In this document: piece after piece, positions 56,697-64,000 of the stretch | Layout of the letters: each line of letters starts with the position of its first letter | How positions within the stretch are numbered: the stretch's first letter is position 1 | NCBI GenBank assembly: GCA_965228875.1 | Contig: OZ245843.1 | Location: 3,640,616 to 3,704,615 of the forward strand | Direction of reading: 5' to 3' | DNA length: 64,000 nt | DNA from: Thalassobaculaceae bacterium | GTDB lineage: Bacteria > Pseudomonadota > Alphaproteobacteria > Thalassobaculales > Thalassobaculaceae | Made by a program: the position numbers and the translations under genes | Notes under the pieces: model-generated | What the model was told of the DNA's origin: nothing | The model's input: the letters and a program-made list of their open reading frames with translations, nothing else | Databases searched by the model: none

Positions 56697-59339
56697 TCAG
56701 GTCTGGGAAGCGATTTCGTGGAACACGCGGCCTTCCCGGTCCAGGTCGTCCGGCGTGCCGATTTCGGCCAACCGCCCGCCGCGCATCACCGCGATCGTCG
56801 GGAACTGGCGGGCAAGGTCGGGCCGCTGGGTCGTCCAGATCACCGTGCGGCCCGCCATGGCCTCAAGCGTGGCCTCGACCATCCGGCGCTGCGACGGCGC
56901 GTCGAAGGCGGCGGCCGCTTCGTTGAGGATCAGGATGTCGGGCCGGCGCAGCAGTGCCCGGGCGATACCGATCTTCTGGCGCTGCATGGCGGACAGCCGG
57001 GCGCCGGCGATGCCCACCTCGAAGTCCAGGCCGACCTCGACCACCGTGTCGCGCAGGTCGAGATCCGCAAGCACCTCGCCGATCACCCGACCGACACGGG
57101 CGGCGCTGTCGGCCTGGCCGTATGCGATCTTGCCGAACAGGATGTTGTCCTGCAGCGAGGCGGCGGCGTTATAGGCGTCGGCACTGAAGAAGGCGACGGA
57201 GTCGGCCAGATCCGCCGGCAGGTCGCGGGCGAAGGCGGCCCGCGCCTCCAGGACCCGCGCGCGGATCTCGCCCTCGAGCATGCCGAGGCGATGGCGCGCC
57301 GGAATCAGCTTGAACGGCAGCGACAGCAGCCGCGCGCGGTCTTCCTCGGACACCGACTCGAGCCCCAGGCGCTCGACACGGTTCAGCAACGACTGGAATT
57401 CCGGCAGGTCGTCCGGCGAGATGAAGCTGAACTGGGCGAAGAACTCGTGATCGGAGGGCAGGTCGGCGAACAGCTCGACCATGGTGGCGGCGACATCGCG
57501 CCCGATCTTCAGCAGGTCGCCGGTCAGGCCCACACTCTCCAGCGTCTGCCGCACATAGGGATGGGCGGCGATGGTCTCCGGCTGGAACGCGTCGCCCACC
57601 GGCGTTCCGAACAGCAGATTCTCGGCCAGGGTGGCATTGGTGTTGTAGCGGTCGGCGGCGAACGGCTCGACCAGGTCGACAAGCTGCGGGTCGTCGGCCA
57701 ACCGCCCGGCGAAGGATCGGCGCGCGTCCAGAATACGCTCGGCGATCTCCGGGCGGCTCTGCGGGTCGATGGCGCCGCGCAGGCCGAGACTGTAGCAGTC
57801 GTCGACCAGGTCGACCAGCGCCAGGTCCGCGATCAGTCGGGCGACGAGGTCCGCGCCGGAGCCGACCGCTTCGGCGTCGATCCACGGGCCGTCCGGATCG
57901 TCCGTGGAGTTGGCGGCCAGAGCCGCGTTCTCCAGCGTCTCCCGGGTCACGGGGACGTCGCGGGCGGGGCCGGTCGGACGGTGCATCACGCCGAGCAGCA
58001 GGTTCTCGCGGATGGTCGAGCTGAACACGTAGGTCGAGGGACCGACATAGCCCATGCGCCGGCCGGTGACCGCCTCGGGCAGGGTATGGAGGTCGACCTG
58101 CCCGACCGTGACCCGACCGCCGGTCGGCGGGATCAGACGCGCCAGGGTCATGGCCAGGGCCTCCTGGCCGCTGGCGCTGCCGGAGCCGAACAGGGCGACG
58201 TGGCTGCCCGGCGCCAGGGTCAGCGACACGCCCTCGAACTGCACCTCACCATCGTCGTCGACCAGGCTGAGATTGCTCGCCCGGAGCTCCCCGTCCAGCG
58301 CCACCGGCGCCTCCGGCTCGTCGACCTGCTGCGCCTCCTCCATCATGTCGGGCAGGTCGAACTGGTCGATCACCTGCTCGTACTTGATGCGGGCGTCCTC
58401 CTTGCGCTGGTAATAGTTCAGCAGCTCCTTCCACGGCGCCGACAGGTCCTTGTAGGCGGCCAGCACCGCCACCAGCGCGCCGAGGGTGAGGCTGCCGGTG
58501 ATCGCCAGGTAGCCGCCGATCGCATAGAAGAAGAACGGCGTCAGCTGGGCGATGAAGTTGTTCAGGAACTTGATGACGAACTTGCGCCGATAGATCTCGA
58601 AACGGATGTCGTAGATCACGCCGAGCTGGGCGGTGAACCGCGCCAGCATGAGCCGGGCGAGGTTGTGGGAGTGGATCTCCTGCACGCCCGAGATGCTCTC
58701 GCCGATCCGGTCCGACAGCACGCGGACGGCGCGGACCCGCTGCTTGCCGAGGGCGTTCACCCGGCGCTGCAGTTTCGGCACCACGTAGGCCTGCACCGGC
58801 GACAGCGCGATCGCCGCCAGCCCGAGCACCGGGTCCTGGACGAACATGAACACCAGGATGGTGATGAGGGTCCCGCCCTGGAATGCCGGCAGCGAGATCG
58901 AGTCGCCGATGAATCCGCCGAGCGGCTCGACCTCCTGGGTGACGATCGGGATGATCTCGCCCTGGCTCACGCGGCGGAAATGCGGGATCGGGAAGCGCAG
59001 GATGCGGGCGTAAAGCTCGTAGCGCAGCCGGCGCAGCATCAGCTCGCCGAGCCGGCCGCGATAGACGTTGATGACGTACTTGAAGCCACCGTTGATGAAG
59101 ACCAGGGCGAGGAACAGTCCCGACAGCGTCCAGAGATACTCGAGCTGCTGGAACTCAATGCCGAGGAAGGTGATCGGAAACTCGGTCTCGCCCTTCGCGC
59201 CAAGCGCGTCGTTGACGATCCGCTTGGGCAGGTCGAGCGAGTAATAGAGGAACGGGAACGACACGAGCGTAAGCGCCAGCAGCACGATCTGCTGGCGCTT
59301 TGAGTGGCGCAGGATGAAGCGGTAGATCGTCGGTTCCAT
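56697..59339 (-). CDS. Fused ABC exporter (TMD plus expanded, degenerate NBD)
   Basis: Hydrophobic TMD, signature LSAMQRQKIGIAR, Walker B ILILNE; start at MEPTIY. Confidence 0.85.
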   Translation of the reverse strand: MEPTIYRFILRHSKRQQIVLLALTLVSFPFLYYSLDLPKRIVNDALGAKGETEFPITFLGIEFQQLEYLWTLSGLFLALVFINGGFKYVINVYRGRLGELMLRRLRYELYARILRFPIPHFRRVSQGEIIPIVTQEVEPLGGFIGDSISLPAFQGGTLITILVFMFVQDPVLGLAAIALSPVQAYVVPKLQRRVNALGKQRVRAVRVLSDRIGESISGVQEIHSHNLARLMLARFTAQLGVIYDIRFEIYRRKFVIKFLNNFIAQLTPFFFYAIGGYLAITGSLTLGALVAVLAAYKDLSAPWKELLNYYQRKEDARIKYEQVIDQFDLPDMMEEAQQVDEPEAPVALDGELRASNLSLVDDDGEVQFEGVSLTLAPGSHVALFGSGSASGQEALAMTLARLIPPTGGRVTVGQVDLHTLPEAVTGRRMGYVGPSTYVFSSTIRENLLLGVMHRPTGPARDVPVTRETLENAALAANSTDDPDGPWIDAEAVGSGADLVARLIADLALVDLVDDCYSLGLRGAIDPQSRPEIAERILDARRSFAGRLADDPQLVDLVEPFAADRYNTNATLAENLLFGTPVGDAFQPETIAAHPYVRQTLESVGLTGDLLKIGRDVAATMVELFADLPSDHEFFAQFSFISPDDLPEFQSLLNRVERLGLESVSEEDRARLLSLPFKLIPARHRLGMLEGEIRARVLEARAAFARDLPADLADSVAFFSADAYNAAASLQDNILFGKIAYGQADSAARVGRVIGEVLADLDLRDTVVEVGLDFEVGIAGARLSAMQRQKIGIARALLRRPDILILNEAAAAFDAPSQRRMVEATLEAMAGRTVIWTTQRPDLARQFPTIAVMRGGRLAEIGTPDDLDREGRVFHEIASQT

Positions 59340-59590
59340 CGCCGATATGGCCTGCCTCGTCTCGCACTGCGCCATTCCATGAACGGCCGGCACCCGCCCG
59401 CGCGGGCGATCTTGCGGTGTTCGTGCCGCCGGCGCAATCTTCCGCTGCGTCAGAACGTCCCGCTGCGTCAGAAGGTTACCATTTCTCGCGATCGTGCACT
59501 GTGCCATAGTGCGGTTCTCATCGACCTCCGCAAGGGCCGCAGCGCAAGAGCCGTGACGACGGGGGCAGAGATGACAGCGACGGGGAATCC

Positions 59591-60841
59591 ATGACCAGTA
59601 CGAAGGCCCCGGCGCCGGCACGGAGCTTCGCGGAGCATCCGCCGGCACGCGTCCTCATGTACAGCCACGACACAATGGGTCTCGGCCACCTGCGTCGCTG
59701 CCGGGCGATCGCCCATGCCCTCGTGGAGGACAATCCGGGCCTGTCGGTGCTGATCCTGTCCGGCTCGCCGATCATCGGCAGCTTCGATTTCCGCACCCGC
59801 GTAGACTTCGTGAGGATTCCCGGAGTCATCAAGCTGCGCAATGGCGACTACACGTCGTTGTCGCTGCACCTCGACATCGAGGAGACGGTGGCGTTGCGCA
59901 GCGCCATCATCCGCCACACCGCCGAAGTCTTCGACCCCGACCTGTTCATCGTCGACAAGGAGCCGCTCGGCCTGCGCGGCGAAGTGAAGGACACGCTCGA
60001 ACTGATGAAGAGCCGCGGCACGCCGCTGATCCTGGGCATGCGCGACGTCATGGACGAGCCGGAACTCCTGGAGCAGGAGTGGGAGCGCAAGAAGGTCCTC
60101 CCGGCGCTTCAGGATCTGTACGACGAGGTGTGGGTCTACGGCGTCAAGGAAGTGTGCGACCCCTACCACGGGCTCGACATACCCGCCGAGATCAAGCTGA
60201 AGACCCGCTACACCGGCTATCTGCGCCGGACCGTGTCGCGCGTGCCGACCCCATCGACCGCCCTGCCGTTCGGCGACGATCCGTTCATCCTCGTCACCGC
60301 TGGCGGCGGCGGCGACGGCGAGGCGATGATGGACTGGGTGCTGCGCGCCTACGAGGAGGACGAACAGCTGCCCTATCCGGCGCTGCTGGTGCTCGGTCCG
60401 TTCATGCAGCAGGAACAGCAGCACGAGTTCATGGAGCGCGCCGACCGCCTCGACCGGGTCGAGGCGATCACCTTCGACAGCCGCATCGAGTCGCTGATGG
60501 CGCGCTGCGCCGGCATCGTCGCCATGGGCGGATACAATACGTTCTGCGAGATCCTGTCCTTCGACAAGCGCTCGATCGTCATTCCGCGGACCGAGCCGCG
60601 CCTGGAGCAGTACATCCGCGCACGCCGGGCCGAGGAACTCGGCCTCCTGCGCATGCTGGTGGATGACGGCGACCGCGATCCGGGGCAGATGGCGGCGGCG
60701 CTGCGCCAGCTTCCCGGACAGAAGACGCCCTCCCAGGCCAATGCGGTGGCCATGCTGAACGGTCTGGACCAGGTCGGACGGTTGACCGACCGCTGGATCG
60801 ACGACCGCCGGCGCGGCGCCCTGGAACGCCGGACCGCCTGA
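59591..60841 (+). CDS. GT-B glycosyltransferase (COG4671-like)
   Basis: YSHDTMGLGHLRR, AGGGGDG, MGGYNTFCE. Confidence 0.88.
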   Translation: MTSTKAPAPARSFAEHPPARVLMYSHDTMGLGHLRRCRAIAHALVEDNPGLSVLILSGSPIIGSFDFRTRVDFVRIPGVIKLRNGDYTSLSLHLDIEETVALRSAIIRHTAEVFDPDLFIVDKEPLGLRGEVKDTLELMKSRGTPLILGMRDVMDEPELLEQEWERKKVLPALQDLYDEVWVYGVKEVCDPYHGLDIPAEIKLKTRYTGYLRRTVSRVPTPSTALPFGDDPFILVTAGGGGDGEAMMDWVLRAYEEDEQLPYPALLVLGPFMQQEQQHEFMERADRLDRVEAITFDSRIESLMARCAGIVAMGGYNTFCEILSFDKRSIVIPRTEPRLEQYIRARRAEELGLLRMLVDDGDRDPGQMAAALRQLPGQKTPSQANAVAMLNGLDQVGRLTDRWIDDRRRGALERRTA

Positions 60842-60843
60842 CC

Positions 60844-62127
60844 ATGACCCACAGCGAGGGTTCCTCGACCGTGCCCAAGGTCGGCATCGTGGTGAAAGGC
60901 TATCCGCGCCTGTCGGAAACCTTCATCGCCCAGGAACTCCTCGGCCTTCAGCGCCGGGGCCTGGACTTCCGCATCATATCCCTGCGCCGACCGACGGACC
61001 GGGCGACCCATCCGGTGCATGACGCCATCACCGCTCCCGTCGACTACCTGCCGGAGTACCTGCACGAGGACCCGGGCCGGGTGTGGCGCGGCTGGCGGGC
61101 GGCGCGTCGGCTGCCGGGCTACGGCCGGGCGCTGCGGACCTGGCTGCGGGACCTCGGCCGCGACCCGACACCGAACCGGGGCCGGCGGTTCGGGCAGGCC
61201 TGCGTGCTGGCGGCCGAGCTCGACCCGGAGATCGGCCACCTCTACGCCCATTTCCTGCACACCCCCGCCTCCGTCGCCCGCTACGCGGCGATGATGCGCG
61301 GCATTCCCTGGTCGGTCTCGGCGCATGCCAAGGACATCTGGACGACTCGGGACTGGGAGAAGCGGGAGAAACTGGCCGACGCGGCCTGGGCGGTGACCTG
61401 CACCGGCGTCGGCGCGCGCCACCTGGGCGAGCTCGCGCCGCGGCCCGACCGGGTCAGCCTGCTCTACCACGGGCTCGACACCTCAGGCTTCCCCGCCCCG
61501 ACCGCACGCTTGAAGCGCGACGGCGGCGATCCGAACGACCCGGTGACCATCGTCTCGGTCGGCCGGGCGGTGCAGAAGAAGGGGTATGACGACGTCCTGG
61601 CGGCGCTGCGGGCGCTGCCGAACGACCTGAACTGGCGCTTCGTGCATATCGGCGGCGGCGCCCTCGCGTCGCGGTTGCGCCAGGCGGCCGACATCATGGG
61701 CCTGTCCGGACGCATCGAGTGGCGCGGCGCGCAGCCTCGCGCCGGCGTCATCGAGGCGCTGGCCGAGGCCGACCTGTTCGTGCTGGCGAGCAAGATCGCT
61801 CCCGACGGCGACCGCGACGGCCTGCCCAATGTGCTGATGGAGGCCCAGGCCATGACCCTGCCGGTGGTGGCGACCTCGGCCTCGGCCATTCCCGAACTGA
61901 TCGACGACCGGGTCAACGGGCGGCTGGTCCGGCCCGGCGACTCCCTGGCGCTCGCCGCGGCGCTGGAGGACCTGATCCGCGATCCGGCGGCCCGGCTGCG
62001 CCTGGCGGCGGCCGGTCGCGCCCGGGTGCTCGGCGAGTTCTCGGCCGATGCCGGCCTCGACCGGCTCGCCGGGATGTTCGGGCTGGGCGGCGGCGCACGG
62101 GCCGAGGGCCGGCCCGACGCGGCGTGA
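60844..62127 (+). CDS. GT4 glycosyltransferase
   Basis: GYPRLSETFI, GRAVQKKG, DGLPNVLMEA. Confidence 0.9.
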   Translation: MTHSEGSSTVPKVGIVVKGYPRLSETFIAQELLGLQRRGLDFRIISLRRPTDRATHPVHDAITAPVDYLPEYLHEDPGRVWRGWRAARRLPGYGRALRTWLRDLGRDPTPNRGRRFGQACVLAAELDPEIGHLYAHFLHTPASVARYAAMMRGIPWSVSAHAKDIWTTRDWEKREKLADAAWAVTCTGVGARHLGELAPRPDRVSLLYHGLDTSGFPAPTARLKRDGGDPNDPVTIVSVGRAVQKKGYDDVLAALRALPNDLNWRFVHIGGGALASRLRQAADIMGLSGRIEWRGAQPRAGVIEALAEADLFVLASKIAPDGDRDGLPNVLMEAQAMTLPVVATSASAIPELIDDRVNGRLVRPGDSLALAAALEDLIRDPAARLRLAAAGRARVLGEFSADAGLDRLAGMFGLGGGARAEGRPDAA

Positions 62128-63236
62128 GGATCGCCTTCCACGCGCCGCTGAAACCCCCGGACGCGCCGGTTCCCTCCGGCGACCGGCGGGTCGCCCGGCT
62201 GCTGATCGCCGCCCTGCGCCACGGCGGACACACCGTCGACCTCGCCAGCCGCCTGCGGACCCGCGACGCCAGGGGAGACATTGTCCGCCAGCTCAGGCTC
62301 GCCGAGCTGGGCGGCCGTCTGGCGGCCCGGTACCTGCGCGCGGTGCGCGACGGCCGACGCCCGCGCCCGGACGTCTGGTTCACCTACCACCTGTACTACA
62401 AGGCCCCCGACCTGATCGGTCCGCTGGTCGCCGACGACCTGTCGATCCCCTACGCCGTCGCCGAGGCGTCGGTGGCGCACAAGCGCGCCGGCGGCCCCTG
62501 GGATCCGGGCCACCGCGCCACCCTCGCGGCGCTTGCCCGGGCCGATCTGGTCATCGGCCTCAATCCCCGCGACCGCTCCCTGGTGGAACCCTGCCTGTCG
62601 CACGGCGCCCGATATCTCGACGTGCCGCCGTTCCTTGAGATCGCCGCACCGCCTCCGCCGGACCGGCCGCGGCGCCCGGCCGAGTTGCTCGCCGTCGCCA
62701 TGATGCGGGCCGGCGACAAGCTGGCCTCCTACCGGGTTCTGGGGGCGGCGCTGGCGAAGGTGCCCGGCGACTGGCGGCTGACCGTGATCGGCGACGGACC
62801 CGCACGGGCAGAGGTCGAGGCCGCCCTGGCGCCGGTCGCCGACCGGACCGTCTTCCGCGGCGCCCTGGACGCCGCCGGGCTGGACTCGGCCTATCGCGAC
62901 GCCGACCTTCTGGTCTGGCCGGCGGTGAACGAAGCGTTCGGCATGGCCCTGCTCGAGGCCCAGGCGGCCGGCCTGCCGGTGGTGGCCGGCGACGGCGGCG
63001 GCGTGCCGGCGATCGTCCGCCATGGCGAGACGGGGCTCCTGACCCCGGTCGGCGACGCCGACGCCTTCGCGGCGGCCACCGCCGAACTCGTTCTGGATGC
63101 ACAACGACGCCGGTCGCTCGGCGCCGCGGCGGCGACGATCGCCCGGCGCGACCATGCCCTGCCGGCCGCGGCCGCCCGCATCGATGCCGCGCTGCGGGCG
63201 CTGGTCGACCGGGACCGCAGGAGGATCCGGGCATGA
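62124..63236 (+). CDS. GT4 glycosyltransferase
   Basis: GTG start overlapping the previous stop; PSGDRR, EAFGMALLEA. Confidence 0.88.
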   Translation: MRIAFHAPLKPPDAPVPSGDRRVARLLIAALRHGGHTVDLASRLRTRDARGDIVRQLRLAELGGRLAARYLRAVRDGRRPRPDVWFTYHLYYKAPDLIGPLVADDLSIPYAVAEASVAHKRAGGPWDPGHRATLAALARADLVIGLNPRDRSLVEPCLSHGARYLDVPPFLEIAAPPPPDRPRRPAELLAVAMMRAGDKLASYRVLGAALAKVPGDWRLTVIGDGPARAEVEAALAPVADRTVFRGALDAAGLDSAYRDADLLVWPAVNEAFGMALLEAQAAGLPVVAGDGGGVPAIVRHGETGLLTPVGDADAFAAATAELVLDAQRRRSLGAAAATIARRDHALPAAAARIDAALRALVDRDRRRIRA

Positions 63237-63853
63237 CCCGCCTGGCCCTGACCCGCCTGGCCCTGATCCGCCTGGCCCTGATCCGCCACGGCCCGACGGA
63301 CTGGAACGCGGACAAGCGACTCCAGGGTCGGGCCGACCGGCCGCTCAGCGCGGCCGGCGAGGAGGAGGTGCGGCGCTGGCACCTGCCGCCCGATCTCGCG
63401 ACGCAGCGGTGGCTGACCAGCCCGCTGGGCCGGGCACGGAGGACCGCGGAGCTTCTCGGCGTCGACGCGGCGGTCGAGCCGGCGGCAACAGAACTGGATT
63501 TCGGCGCCTGGGAAGGCCGTCGCCTGATGGATATCCGCGCCGCCGACCCGGCCGGCACCGACGCGAACGAGGCGCGCGGCCTGGATTTCCGCCCGCCCGG
63601 CGGCGAGAGCCCGCGCGACGTGCAGGCACGCCTGATCCCGCTGCTGCGCCGGCTGGCGGCGGATGGTCGCGATACCGGCATCGTCACCCACAAGGGGGTC
63701 ATCCGCGCGGTGTTGTCCCTGGCCACCGGCTGGCCGATGACGGATAAGCCCCCGGTGAAACTCGCCTGGGACTGTGCGCATCTGTTCACGATCGCCGCCG
63801 ACGGAACGCCGCGCCCGGACCGACTGAACCTGCCCCTGAAGGCCGACCGATGA
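63233..63853 (+). CDS. Histidine phosphatase family
   Basis: IRHGPTDWN, SPLGRA, GESP, THKGV. Confidence 0.9.
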   Translation: MTRLALTRLALIRLALIRHGPTDWNADKRLQGRADRPLSAAGEEEVRRWHLPPDLATQRWLTSPLGRARRTAELLGVDAAVEPAATELDFGAWEGRRLMDIRAADPAGTDANEARGLDFRPPGGESPRDVQARLIPLLRRLAADGRDTGIVTHKGVIRAVLSLATGWPMTDKPPVKLAWDCAHLFTIAADGTPRPDRLNLPLKADR

Positions 63854-64000
63854 CCCGACCGACCGTGATGCTCTACGTCCAGAACCTGCTCGGAATCGGC
63901 CATCTGCGCCGGGCGGCGGCGGTCGCGCGGGCGCTGGCCGATCACGGGGCAGAGGTCGCCTTCGTCTCCGGCGGCATGCCGGTGCCGCACCTGCCGCTCG
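63850..64000 (+). CDS. COG4671-like glycosyltransferase (partial, runs off window)
   Basis: MLYVQNLLGIGHLRRA; ATG overlaps the previous TGA. Confidence 0.8.
   Translation, partial: MTRPTVMLYVQNLLGIGHLRRAAAVARALADHGAEVAFVSGGMPVPHLPL

Noticed and set aside
56541..59303. 920-aa antisense ORF, and similar ones opposite ftsK, the TBDR, sdhA, the MCP and the oxidase
   Set aside because: Same GC-driven shadow effect opposite well-supported genes.

Overview
High-GC alphaproteobacterial chromosome; Rhodospirillales-like by gene content and order (inference). Most of the window is core or common genes: gluQ, large NAD-glutamate dehydrogenase, ybbN cluster, ubiH-glnK-amtB-ftsK-lolA, gloB, sdhCDAB, chorismate mutase-hisC-tyrC and xth. 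Most notable: (1) a ~3.3-kb phage-flavoured islet at the 3' end of tRNA-Gly(GCC). It holds an XRE/CI-like repressor with a palindromic operator, two stand-alone PAS-like proteins and a convergent GNAT/LuxI-fold acyltransferase overlapping one of them by 213 nt, and is a candidate small-molecule signalling module. (2) A TonB-dependent receptor-YfiR-CHASE8/HAMP PleC/DivJ-type kinase operon, a rewired YfiBNR-type trans-envelope system. (3) An ABC exporter with degenerate ATPase motifs and an apparently triplicated helical subdomain, linked to a cNMP-binding protein, a methyltransferase and a glycosyltransferase/phosphatase operon. (4) Five copies of a RIME1/CIR/BRU-RS-like palindromic element, some capturing stop codons and lying near synteny breaks. 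(5) Two candidate structured ncRNAs, a perfect LexA box before an ICL/PEPM-family gene, and many 12-19 bp tandem micro-duplications. All calls are by-eye motif recognition; no database searches were run.
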